Part shown: positions 31,702 through 41,185 of the stretch, piece by piece
How the letters are laid out: each line of letters opens with the position of its first letter
Numbering within the stretch: position 1 is the first letter of the stretch
From: Candidatus Scatovivens sp.
Lineage (GTDB): Bacteria > Bacillota > Clostridia > TANB77 > CAG-508
Direction: 5' to 3'
NCBI GenBank assembly: GCA_051891335.1
Contig: JBJFFD010000048.1
Coordinates: 1-60,493 of the forward strand
Length of the DNA: 60,493 nt
Translations under genes and position numbers: made by a program
The notes under the pieces: generated by a model
What the model saw: only the letters and a program-made list of their open reading frames with translations
What the model was told of the DNA's origin: nothing
Databases searched by the model: none

Positions 31702-32195
31702 TTTTTTCTTTTATTGTATCAACAACTAAGTCTTTAAAAAATATCTCTACAGAATGTTCTTGGCCAACTAATGAATATAAGACTATAACATCATATTTCG
31801 GTTTTAGAATTCATCCAACAACATTTAAACAATCTTATCATTCAGGTATTGATATTTCTGCACCAGAAGGTACTCCTATACATTCTATTTGCAGTGGTAG
31901 AATTGAATTTATAGATTTTAATGGTCCATATGGGTATTCTATAATTATAAAAAGCAATAATTATGAAATATTATATGGTCATGTTTCTCCAAATTTTATA
32001 GTAAATATAAATGAATATATAAATCAAAATGACATCATTGGGAATGTTGGTCCAAAATATATAGATGATTTTATAGGCAATAAATATTATGATTCAAATC
32101 GGAATGGCTACAAATGGAAATACAACTCGGTCCTCACTTACATTTAACAATAAAAAAAAGACGGCATTGCCGTCAATCCTTTAGATTATTTTTAA
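31659..32195 (+). CDS. M23 family peptidase, about 177 aa, three +1 shifts at CGG 32100, 32128 and 32162
   Basis: HSGIDI and YGHV motifs; the shifts restore NGMATNGNTT-G-PHLHLTIKKR-G-IAVNPLDYF* including the catalytic HxH. Confidence 0.85.
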
Positions 32196-32226
32196 ATATA
32201 TAATAGTTTAAAGTATAATCATTAAG

Positions 32227-32613
32227 TTACATATCCTCTTCATATTCTTCCCAGTCTAACTCTATTAAATTATCACATTCTGGGCATTTTATTTCGTTTT
32301 TATCAGAATCATATTCGATTAAGAATTTAAATTCACAATACGGACATGTTATTGGTTCTAAATCAAGCATATTATCGTCTTCAGATTCATTATAAATTTC
32401 TTCTTCTAATCTTTTTACATCATTTTCTATGTTTGATACTTTACTTTCAAATTTTTTTACTTTATTTTCAAAATTTTCTATTACTTTTGTAAGTTCATCA
32501 ATATAAAGAATTGTTAAATCAGATATTTGCTTTTTTGCATACTCTAAATCTCTTTTGCTATCTATATTTTCTTCAAGATTTTTTATTACCTCTTTATACT
32601 TTTTACTTATCAA
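32227..32613 (-). CDS. CD1247-like coiled-coil/zinc-ribbon protein
   Basis: CPYC...CPEC; usual neighbour downstream of efp in Clostridia. Confidence 0.7.
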   Translation of the reverse strand: MISKKYKEVIKNLEENIDSKRDLEYAKKQISDLTILYIDELTKVIENFENKVKKFESKVSNIENDVKRLEEEIYNESEDDNMLDLEPITCPYCEFKFLIEYDSDKNEIKCPECDNLIELDWEEYEEDM

Positions 32614-32625
32614 AATAAAAACCTC

Positions 32626-33192
32626 CTATAGTCTTTCCATATATTGACCAGTTCTTGTATCTATTCTTATTTTGTCTCCAATATTTACAAATAATGGAAC
32701 AGATATTTCTAAACCATTTTCTAAAGTTGCTGGTTTTCCAGATGTAGTTGTTGTGTTTCCACTAAATCCTGGTTCTGTATATGTAACTTCTAATTCCACA
32801 AACATTGGTGGTTCTACGCTAAAGACTTTTCCTTTAAATGCTAATGTTGTAACATTCATATTTTCTTTTATGTATTTTAAAGCATCTCCTAATTGATCTT
32901 CATTTAATGGAAGTTGCTCATAATTTTCATTATCCATGAAATAATAAAGCTCTCCATCATTATATAGATATTGCATCTCTCTTTTTTCTATTTCTGCTCC
33001 TTGTAATTTTTCTGATGGATTAAATGTTCTTTCTATAACAGCTCCAGTTATAACATTTTTCATTTTTACTCTAACAAAAGCTGCTCCCTTCCCTGGTTTT
33101 ACATGTTGAAATTCTACTACTCTAAAAACATTTCCATCTAATTCAAATGTTGTTCCATTTCTTAAATCTCCTGCCATATATACATCTGCCAT
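32626..33192 (-). CDS. efp: Elongation factor P
   Basis: [12 protein letters not shown] and DTRTGQY motifs. Confidence 0.97.
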   Translation of the reverse strand: MADVYMAGDLRNGTTFELDGNVFRVVEFQHVKPGKGAAFVRVKMKNVITGAVIERTFNPSEKLQGAEIEKREMQYLYNDGELYYFMDNENYEQLPLNEDQLGDALKYIKENMNVTTLAFKGKVFSVEPPMFVELEVTYTEPGFSGNTTTTSGKPATLENGLEISVPLFVNIGDKIRIDTRTGQYMERL

Positions 33193-33288
33193 GTTATTTA
33201 CCTCTTTTCTTTATTTTTTAATATTAAATATAATATCATATTTTCAATGTAAAAGCAATAGTAGTATATTAATATTGTGTTTTCTTAT

Positions 33289-33315
33289 CGGGCAGACACA
33301 AGGCCTGCCCCTACA
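33289..33315 (-). repeat. GTAG-type REP-like palindrome
   Basis: GTAGGGGCAGGC-CTTGT-GTCTGCCC; degenerate copy at 43866-43891. Confidence 0.7.
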
Positions 33316-33357
33316 TTAATTATTAATTATTAATTATTAATTATTCACCATTCATTA
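33316..33357. repeat. 7-bp tandem repeat (TTAATTA)x4 plus two degenerate units
   Basis: Read directly. Confidence 0.75.
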
Positions 33358-33363
33358 TACTTT

Positions 33364-34428
33364 TTATATTTGTACCTCAATAAGATTTTTTGCACTTTCA
33401 GTTAAATTTATACTTCCATTTTTTGTAATTAATATAGTATCTTCTATTCTTATTCCATACTCATTTTTTTTATAAATTCCTGGTTCTACTGCTATTACCA
33501 TATTTTCTTTCAAATAATTTTCTTTTTTATTTCCTAAAATTGGATTTTCATGAATATATAATCCTAATCCATGCCCAAAAGCATGTAATATTAAATAATT
33601 TTTATCAGCATAGTCTTTATATATTAGTTCAATAATTTGTTTTATATCTTTATCAGGTTTTAAATTTTCTATTATCTTTTTTTGTTCTTCTAATACAAAA
33701 TTATATTCATCTTTAAATATTTCTGGTGCTTTTCCAATATAAATAGTTCTTGTAAAATCTGAACAATATCCATTTACCTTACATCCTATATCTAATAGCA
33801 GAACATCATTTTCTTTTATCTTTCTATCAGTCGGAGTAGCATGTGGCATTGAAGAATTTTCTCCTGAAGCTACGCAAAAATCAAAAGCAATTTCATCAGC
33901 ACCATTCATTCTCATATATTTTTCAATTTCAAAAGCAATTCTTTTTTCAGTCATTCCTTTTTTTATGTATTTAACAATATAATCAAAACATTCATCCGTA
34001 ATTTTGCAAGCTCTTTTAATATTTTGTATTTCTTCTTCTTCTTTTATTTCTCTTATTTTTTCTATGATTCCTTCTGTTTCAACCAAATTAACCTGATATA
34101 ATTGTAAATAATTTTGATATGTCTCATATGTAATAAATTTTTCTTCAAATCCAACATTATTGCATAATATAAAGAAATTTTCATAATCATATCTACTTAT
34201 ATCTGAAATATTAATTATAGAAATATTATCATCAACACTTATTTGCTTTTCAACTTCTTCAATATATCTAGAATCTGTTAAAAATATATTTTCTTTTTTA
34301 TTGATAATTAATGTTCCTTCTGATAATAATCCTGTTAAATATCTTATGTTTTTAGGATTTGAAACAATCATTCCTTGAATATCTCTATCTTCTAACTCAT
34401 TACGCAATATTTTTATTCTGCCATTCAC
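33364..34428 (-). CDS. pepP: Xaa-Pro aminopeptidase (M24)
   Basis: TDSRY, PHA, DIG..YCSD.TRT, HAFGHGLG..HE, EPGIY and GIRIED motifs; next to efp. Confidence 0.93.
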   Translation of the reverse strand: MNGRIKILRNELEDRDIQGMIVSNPKNIRYLTGLLSEGTLIINKKENIFLTDSRYIEEVEKQISVDDNISIINISDISRYDYENFFILCNNVGFEEKFITYETYQNYLQLYQVNLVETEGIIEKIREIKEEEEIQNIKRACKITDECFDYIVKYIKKGMTEKRIAFEIEKYMRMNGADEIAFDFCVASGENSSMPHATPTDRKIKENDVLLLDIGCKVNGYCSDFTRTIYIGKAPEIFKDEYNFVLEEQKKIIENLKPDKDIKQIIELIYKDYADKNYLILHAFGHGLGLYIHENPILGNKKENYLKENMVIAVEPGIYKKNEYGIRIEDTILITKNGSINLTESAKNLIEVQI

Positions 34429-34448
34429 AATGCCACCTCCTTAATAAA

Positions 34449-35216
34449 CTAATTTATTATAAGCTTGCTTATTCCTTCACATAAACTCAAGAACAAATAA
34501 AAAATTGAATTTGCAGGAATAAACATGCAAATTAATGCTGAAATTGTTAAAAATGGTCCAAAAGCTATATATTCATCATTTATTTTTAATACAAATTTCC
34601 TTATTATTATTATAAATATAGAAGCAATTGCGCCTATAAAAAATGCTAATAATGATATTTCTGCAATTGAAGTAGCTCCAAAAAACAATCCTAGAGCTCC
34701 CATTAATTTTACATCTCCTAATCCCATTGCTTCTTTACCAGCAATAAGTCCACCCAAAAGTGTTATTAAAAGAAAGATTCCTCCACCCACAAACATTCCT
34801 AGAATCATATCTTTTGCAATATTAACATTATTTATCCCATATATGAATGTAAAAGCTAATCCAATTTCGAATATTGTCATATTTAATCTATTTGGAATTA
34901 TTCTATGCTTTAAATCTATAAAAAATGCGCTGATAAGCATAGGAACTAAAATTAAAAATTTTATTAAATCTAAATTTGAATAAAAAGAATTTTTTATTCC
35001 AAATTTATACAAAATTCCAATGTATAGAAAAATATTTAATGTTAATATTATATATTTATAATCTTTTTTTATATTATTTTGTTTGAAAAATTCTTTAGAA
35101 AAAATACTCTTTTCCTCTACCATTCTGTAATTACACCATAATGATATTTCTCCAACAATTAGTCCTAATATTCCAAATATTAAGTAATATAATATATTTA
35201 TATTATTTATATACAT
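34449..35216 (-). CDS. Prepilin peptidase (A24)
   Basis: FIDLKHRIIPN, AMGLGDVKL and AFGPFL motifs. Confidence 0.88.
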   Translation of the reverse strand: MYINNINILYYLIFGILGLIVGEISLWCNYRMVEEKSIFSKEFFKQNNIKKDYKYIILTLNIFLYIGILYKFGIKNSFYSNLDLIKFLILVPMLISAFFIDLKHRIIPNRLNMTIFEIGLAFTFIYGINNVNIAKDMILGMFVGGGIFLLITLLGGLIAGKEAMGLGDVKLMGALGLFFGATSIAEISLLAFFIGAIASIFIIIIRKFVLKINDEYIAFGPFLTISALICMFIPANSIFYLFLSLCEGISKLIIN

Positions 35217-35717
35217 TTATTTTACCTCTTTTGTTTCAATATATTTTTTTATAATAAATTTTTCTATTGGTCTTTTAAATCTTGTTATCCAAATATCTTT
35301 TTTATCAATTGGTTCTACAAGTATAGGAAACATTTTACATCTATTAGCACCAATAATATCAGTAAAAATCTGATCTCCAATTACAGCTATATTTTCTTCA
35401 CTTAAATTTAATTTTGTTTTTGCTTTTATAAAACCTTTTTTTAATGGTTTCATTGCAAACATTATATAATCAATTTTAAGAATATTTGAAACTTTTTTAA
35501 TTTTATTTTCTTTGTTAGTATTTGATACTATAATAGTTTTAATTCCACTTTTAACTATATTTTCGTGCCAATTTTCTAATCCATCTATCATATTTAAATT
35601 AAAATCTATTAATGTATTATCTACATCTAAAATCAAGCCTTTTATATTATTTCCTATTAAAAACTCTATTTTTATATCTGTTATTTTTTTACAATATAGT
35701 TTTGGGTATAAAAGCAT
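35217..35717 (-). CDS. yqeG: YqeG HAD-IIIA phosphatase
   Basis: DVDNTL, AMKP and IGDQIFTDIIGANR motifs. Confidence 0.92.
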   Translation of the reverse strand: MLLYPKLYCKKITDIKIEFLIGNNIKGLILDVDNTLIDFNLNMIDGLENWHENIVKSGIKTIIVSNTNKENKIKKVSNILKIDYIMFAMKPLKKGFIKAKTKLNLSEENIAVIGDQIFTDIIGANRCKMFPILVEPIDKKDIWITRFKRPIEKFIIKKYIETKEVK

Positions 35718-35873
35718 ATCTTTTCCTCCATTTTTATTATATTATCAATATGAAAATATTTTGTCAATGGCAAACTTAATAAGAATAAGCTAATGTAAAA
35801 TAACAAGGAATTGTATTTTTATCAACTAAATTTTGATAAAAACAAAAATTGCCTTGTTATTTAAAATTTTTTA

Positions 35874-36548
35874 CTATTTACAAAAAATATGTTTTCCTAT
35901 TTGTACAACTTGTGGTCTACTCCATATCCATGAAGATGTAGCTGTTGCTGGATTAAAATAATATATACATCCAGAAGTAGGATCCCATCCATTAATCGCG
36001 TCTTGAGCTGCTTTTTTAGCAGTACTATTTGGAGTTAAGTTTATCTGTCCATCTGAAACCACTGTAAAAGCTCCTGATTGGTAAATAACACCAGATACTG
36101 TGTTTGGAAAAGAAGGACTTGATACCCTATTAAGTACTACTGCTCCAACAGCAACTTGCCCTTTATATGGTTCTCCTCTTGCTTCTGCATAAATTAATTT
36201 ACTAAGCAAATTTAAATTAGAGTTATTGCTACTAGATCCGCTAGAGCTTGAACTTGATGAATTTATACCAAGTGCTGCTAATGTTTTAGGTCCTACTATT
36301 CCATCAACAGTAAGTCCATTTTTTTTCTGGAACTTTTTTACAGCCTCTAATGTTTTAGAACCAAATATACCATCTACATTTCCTGTATAATATCCCCAAT
36401 TTTTTAACTTAGTTTGAATTTGTATTACTTCATTTCCTCTTGAACCATATTTTGAAAGTGCATAACTAGTATAAATACTATCAAGAATTATTATGAAAGC
36501 TATAAAAATAGTCATAAATAAAATAAGTAAAAAAACTTTTTTCTTCAT
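35874..36548 (-). CDS. sleB: Spore cortex-lytic enzyme
   Basis: Peptidoglycan-binding domain (VDGIFG) plus AEARGEPY.GQVAVGAVVLNR catalytic domain. Confidence 0.93.
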   Translation of the reverse strand: MKKKVFLLILFMTIFIAFIIILDSIYTSYALSKYGSRGNEVIQIQTKLKNWGYYTGNVDGIFGSKTLEAVKKFQKKNGLTVDGIVGPKTLAALGINSSSSSSSGSSSNNSNLNLLSKLIYAEARGEPYKGQVAVGAVVLNRVSSPSFPNTVSGVIYQSGAFTVVSDGQINLTPNSTAKKAAQDAINGWDPTSGCIYYFNPATATSSWIWSRPQVVQIGKHIFCK

Positions 36549-36724
36549 TTTAAAAATCCTTTCTCTTTTTTGGTTATTATCTCCATTTTTTCAAACAATA
36601 TACTGTATTGTAATATTTTTGTAAATTTGTTACAAAATCTTAATATCTTTTATTATGTTTTTTATTGTATTTTTATTTGTTTATATGTATAATTTAGTAG
36701 AAATATTAGTATAAGGAGTTTTTT

Positions 36725-37501
36725 ATGGAACTTACAAAAGAAATCTCTTATAATAAAAATTTAATACAAAATGAATATTTTACTTTAAATTATTCTGGTA
36801 AATTATTTAAAGATAATTCCCAAGAATTATTTATTGTTTATGGGTTTGACAAAGATTGGAAATATACTACTGAACAAAAAATGGAGAAAAAAGAGAATGG
36901 TTTTTCTGTTCAAATACAAGTAAAAGAGTTTAATGAATTCAATTTTTGTTTTAAAAATTCTTATAATGTATGGGACAATAATAATGGTCTAGACTATCAT
37001 TTACCTATTTCTGTTCAAGAGAATATTGAAATTAATGAAGAGTTAGATAAGTTATTAGATACAATCCTTTATGAAGTTCAGTCTTCAAAAAAAGTTGAAG
37101 CTCATAAAGATGATAATTTTTCACAAACAGTCTCATATTTTGAAGACTTATTTGATGAATTATTTTCTCAAGTAAAATATAATAACAGTACAGAAATGAC
37201 TACAGAGTTTGATAATTTTCTTAATGACTTGTTCTCTAATGATGATTCTTTGTCAATTAATAATTATACTGAATCTATAACCAAACAAAGTGAATTTGCA
37301 AAAGAAGAAGAAATAGAAGATAATTCTTATAAACAAAATTTATCACTTGTTAAAACTGATAATAAAAGAAAAAGTATATTCGAATTTGAAAATTTAAGTC
37401 CATTTTATGTATTAAAAAAACGTATTCGTTTAGCTTTTTATAAATTGATTTATGTTCTTCCAAGTTTCTTGTTTGGAGAAGAAGATGATTCTGAAAATTA
37501 A
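36725..37501 (+). CDS. Starch/carbohydrate-binding-module protein with an acidic C-terminal region
   Basis: YSGKLF...YGF...W...NFCFKN...WDNNNG.DY. Confidence 0.7.
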   Translation: MELTKEISYNKNLIQNEYFTLNYSGKLFKDNSQELFIVYGFDKDWKYTTEQKMEKKENGFSVQIQVKEFNEFNFCFKNSYNVWDNNNGLDYHLPISVQENIEINEELDKLLDTILYEVQSSKKVEAHKDDNFSQTVSYFEDLFDELFSQVKYNNSTEMTTEFDNFLNDLFSNDDSLSINNYTESITKQSEFAKEEEIEDNSYKQNLSLVKTDNKRKSIFEFENLSPFYVLKKRIRLAFYKLIYVLPSFLFGEEDDSEN

Positions 37502-37524
37502 AATATAATATATATGTATGTATA

Positions 37525-37558
37525 ATAAAGCCAAGTAATCAAAATTACTTGGCTATTT
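37525..37558 (+). terminator. Terminator
   Basis: AGCCAAGTAAT-CAAA-ATTACTTGGCT. Confidence 0.7.
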
Positions 37559-37677
37559 TATACCCCAATAACAAATGCATGGACTTCAAAAATGTTTAAA
37601 TAAAAATGTTTAAGAATCTCAGTTTTATTCTTATTTTAGAACACATAAAAATAGTATTACATTTATCTACAAATTTA

Positions 37678-38691
37678 TTATATTATGATTACTAGAATTT
37701 TTGTTAAGACAAAACCTATTAATCCACAAATAGGAAATGTCCATATCCAAGCTTTTAATATATCTGTTATATTCTTTTTTTCTACTTTTACACTATTTAA
37801 TTTTCCAATTCCTGCTATAGAAATCGTTTTTACATGTGTTGTACTTACAGGTAATCCTGTTAAACTTGCTATTAATAATGTTATTACTGTAACTATGTCT
37901 GTCATTAATGCTTGTTCATTATTAATTTTAGCCATATTGCTACCAATATTTTGTACAATACTTTTTCCCCCTATTGATACTCCCATTGCCATTAATATAG
38001 CAACAAATAAAATGCTCCAAATATTATATATAGGATCTATCGTTGTAGGAATATTAACTCCTTTTAATATGCATAAAAATATAATTAAAACTCCTATAAA
38101 TTTCTGTCCATCTTGTGCTCCATGCATAAAAGACATTCCAATACAACTTAAAATTTGAGATTTTTTTATGCTATTTTTATTTAATTTTTTTATTTTTTCC
38201 ATAAAAAATAAATTAATAAAATAAGATATTAGTAAAGTACCTAAAATAGACCAACCCAATCCTATTAAAACATTTTTCCATTCACTATAACTAATTGATT
38301 TAATACCATACATAGCTATAGCACTGCCAGTAAGTCCAGCAATTAATCCATGAGTTTCACTCGTAGGTATTCCAAATTTCATTGCTATTAAAGCAAATGA
38401 AATTACAGATATCATACTACTAACTAATATTATAATATCTTTTAAATTTCCTTCTATTTTTATTATTGAGCTTATACAATCTGCTACAGAAATATTTATA
38501 AAACACATTATAATTATTCCTATTAAATTAAAACATGCACTTAAATATGCTGCTTTCTTAAAGCTCATTACTTTTGTTCCAACTAAAGTAGCTATTGCAT
38601 TAGGAGCATCTGTTATTGCATTTGTTAATATTAATATAGCAATTATTATAAAAGTAAAAAAATATATAAACATAAATTTAATCCTTTTCAT
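37678..38691 (-). CDS. PiT-family inorganic phosphate transporter
   Basis: TDAPNAIAT, PTSETH, HGAQDGQK and PVSTTH motifs. Confidence 0.9.
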   Translation of the reverse strand: MKRIKFMFIYFFTFIIIAILILTNAITDAPNAIATLVGTKVMSFKKAAYLSACFNLIGIIIMCFINISVADCISSIIKIEGNLKDIIILVSSMISVISFALIAMKFGIPTSETHGLIAGLTGSAIAMYGIKSISYSEWKNVLIGLGWSILGTLLISYFINLFFMEKIKKLNKNSIKKSQILSCIGMSFMHGAQDGQKFIGVLIIFLCILKGVNIPTTIDPIYNIWSILFVAILMAMGVSIGGKSIVQNIGSNMAKINNEQALMTDIVTVITLLIASLTGLPVSTTHVKTISIAGIGKLNSVKVEKKNITDILKAWIWTFPICGLIGFVLTKILVIII

Positions 38692-38721
38692 TAATCTATC
38701 TTTATATATTTTACTTATATT

Positions 38722-39423
38722 TTAATAATCGTATTCTATTTTTTCTAATTCTCTTTGAATTTTTTTAAAATTTAAAAAGTTATTTTCTATAATTCTTTGA
38801 AATCCTTTTGCATGAGTTTTATATTTTAAATGGCAAAACTCATGCATTATTATGTATTCTATAATTTCTTGTTTATATTTAATTATTTCTGGATTTATAA
38901 TTATTTTATTCATGTTTATACATGTAGCCAATTTATTATTAATTTTTTTTATAACATATTCTTCAGGTGCAAATCCTAATTTTATTCTTGTTTTTTCCAT
39001 TATTTCTTCTATTTTAGTTTCTGAGATAGTTGAATACATTTTATTTAATGCTATCTTTACCATATTATCTATATTTTTCTTTTTATATTGTAGTGGAAAA
39101 TTAATATAAATTTCTTCTTTATTTAAATTTAATTCTGGTCTTTTTATATTTTCAAATTTAATATTTATTAAATATTCTTTTCCTAAAATATTGGTTGAAT
39201 TTTTATAAGTCTTATTATTAATTTTTCTTTCACAATTTTTTATCTTATTTAAAATCCATTCTCTTTTTTTATCTACTATTTTTTGTATTTGATTTCTTGT
39301 AAAATACCAAGGAGCACAAACTACAACTTCACCATTTTCTATTGAAATTGACAAATTATTATTATAAAAATCCTTATCTACAGTATACATTAAAACATTT
39401 CTTTTTTGATTTAAAACTTTCAT
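38722..39423 (-). CDS. DUF45/YgjP (M48-like) metalloprotein
   Basis: EYIIMHEFCHL. Confidence 0.8.
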   Translation of the reverse strand: MKVLNQKRNVLMYTVDKDFYNNNLSISIENGEVVVCAPWYFTRNQIQKIVDKKREWILNKIKNCERKINNKTYKNSTNILGKEYLINIKFENIKRPELNLNKEEIYINFPLQYKKKNIDNMVKIALNKMYSTISETKIEEIMEKTRIKLGFAPEEYVIKKINNKLATCINMNKIIINPEIIKYKQEIIEYIIMHEFCHLKYKTHAKGFQRIIENNFLNFKKIQRELEKIEYDY

Positions 39424-39442
39424 AAAATACCTCCCAAATAGT

Positions 39443-39501
39443 AAACGTATGTTTTGTAAAACCTATGTTTGTATTTTACTTTTTATTTTAATTTTTGTCA
39501 A
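39443..39501 (-). promoter_or_regulatory. Promoter with two LexA-box-like sites
   Basis: AAAC-GTAT-GTTT (39443) and AAAC-CTAT-GTTT (39459); TTGACA at 39501-39496. Confidence 0.45.
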
Positions 39502-39552
39502 TACATTTTCAACAAAAAAAGAACAAATTTTTGCAAATTTATTCTTTTTTTA

Positions 39553-39918
39553 TTAGACTTCTTCAATTTCAACTATAACATTATTTTTATCTGAATATTT
39601 AAAAGTATCAGTAAATCCAACAACATAATTTTGCTTATCATCTTCTAAAATATTTGCTTTTACTAATGCATCTAATATAAACTTTTTAGCAAAACATATA
39701 TTATCTAAATCTCTTTTTTTATTTTTTTCTATCCATGTAAAATGTATCTTAACTGGATTTGTAATTTTGTTACATTTTACTTGTTGCTTTATATATAACC
39801 AAATTATATTTTCCGTATCCTCTTTCATTTTTGCACCAATAAATTTATTTGATCTACAAGCCTTAGTATATTCATTTAAACTAGGTAATTTCTCATTAAT
39901 TTCAAATATGTATTTCAT
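39553..39918 (-). CDS. RusA-like Holliday junction resolvase
   Basis: LPSLNEY...RDLDNI...KFILDALV...ILEDD. Confidence 0.85.
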   Translation of the reverse strand: MKYIFEINEKLPSLNEYTKACRSNKFIGAKMKEDTENIIWLYIKQQVKCNKITNPVKIHFTWIEKNKKRDLDNICFAKKFILDALVKANILEDDKQNYVVGFTDTFKYSDKNNVIVEIEEV

Positions 39919-39985
39919 TTTATTATAATATCCTTTTATTTTTTTATATTTTACACAAAATACATATTTTTTTCAATAGTTTTGC

Positions 39986-40552
39986 TTATTCATCTTCTAA
40001 ATATTCTTCTGATTCATTATCAGTCTCATCATATTCTATTTCGATATCCTTCATTTTTTTAGGTATTTTATTTATTTTTGATTTAATATTTTTCTTTTCT
40101 TCTTTATTCTTTATATCGTTTTTAGCTTTTTTTTCTTCTTTTTTATTTACTAATTTTTCTATTGAACAGTTTGCTTTTTCTAAAAAATCTGGAATAAAAT
40201 CTACTAATTTATCCATTGCTCCAGAATGATTTATTGGCATTAATTTTACTCCATTTTCTTCAACTATTAAAAAAGCTATAGGATTTATATTAACTCCTGC
40301 TCCAGCTCCTCCACCAAATGGCAATGTATACTGTATTTGTTCATCTTTATCTACCTTTTTATATTCATTTAATGTTTCTCCTTTAAATTCGCTCCCACCT
40401 GCAGCAAACCCAAAAGATACCTTTGAAATTGGTATTATAACTTTATTATTTTGTGTTTGAATTGGATCTCCAATTATAGTATTTACATCAACCATATCCT
40501 GAATACTATCCATCGCTGTTCGCATAAGACCTTCTATTGGATGTTCTCCCAT
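39986..40552 (-). CDS. ytfJ: Sporulation protein YtfJ/GerW
   Basis: HPIEGLM...VDVNTIIGDP...FGFAAGGSEF...PFGGGAGAG. Confidence 0.93.
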   Translation of the reverse strand: MGEHPIEGLMRTAMDSIQDMVDVNTIIGDPIQTQNNKVIIPISKVSFGFAAGGSEFKGETLNEYKKVDKDEQIQYTLPFGGGAGAGVNINPIAFLIVEENGVKLMPINHSGAMDKLVDFIPDFLEKANCSIEKLVNKKEEKKAKNDIKNKEEKKNIKSKINKIPKKMKDIEIEYDETDNESEEYLEDE

Positions 40553-41150
40553 TTTCTTTAATCCTCCTTATTTTTTGATTTTTAATTACATATAAAATAT
40601 GTATCATTTTAAGAGAAATTATACATTCTAATTTTACATCAGCAACATTGATATCAGAATATATTGGTAGTATTTTGAAATTATAATATTTTTTTATTTC
40701 TTTTTTACTTCCTAAGTTTATTATAAAGCTTAATATTGTTGATAATATTGCTACTATATAACCAGTTAATATGGCGCTTCTAACTCCAATTTTTCCATCA
40801 AAATATAATTTTTCTAGTTTTATATTTAGTACTTTTAAATCTTGAAAATTTATATAATTCTCGAAATCTTTATTTAATAATTCATTTAATTTAGCTTTTT
40901 CATATAATCTCATATATGATATTTTTTTGTTTAAGATTTTAATACCATCTTCATTCAAAGAAGCTATTATTAATTTAAAAAAATTAAACAAATAAATTTC
41001 AATATTTGCTTTAAATTCTATCTTTTTGTTTTTTTTGGTATTATATCTTAAACTAAGTAAATTTAATTTTAATTTTGAAAAAATTAATCCAATTATAATA
41101 ATAAATATTAACAATAAAAAAAACAAACAAATTAATTTTATAAGAATCAC
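40506..41150 (-). CDS. YtfI/DUF2953-like protein
   Basis: N-terminal TM; overlaps the ytfJ start as in other Clostridia. Confidence 0.65.
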   Translation of the reverse strand: MILIKLICLFFLLLIFIIIIGLIFSKLKLNLLSLRYNTKKNKKIEFKANIEIYLFNFFKLIIASLNEDGIKILNKKISYMRLYEKAKLNELLNKDFENYINFQDLKVLNIKLEKLYFDGKIGVRSAILTGYIVAILSTILSFIINLGSKKEIKKYYNFKILPIYSDINVADVKLECIISLKMIHILYVIKNQKIRRIKENGRTSNRRSYANSDG

Positions 41151-41185
41151 CTTCTTAAAAATAGTTTGTTTATTTTTTTTATTAA

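Noticed and set aside
1355-32195. Sequencing or basecalling artefact (homopolymer or methylation motif) as the cause of the shifts
   Set aside because: Disfavoured but not excluded without reads. Flanking bases share nothing beyond CGG, most sites are not in homopolymers, and the event follows codon phase and coding strand. Many out-of-frame CGGs cause no break.
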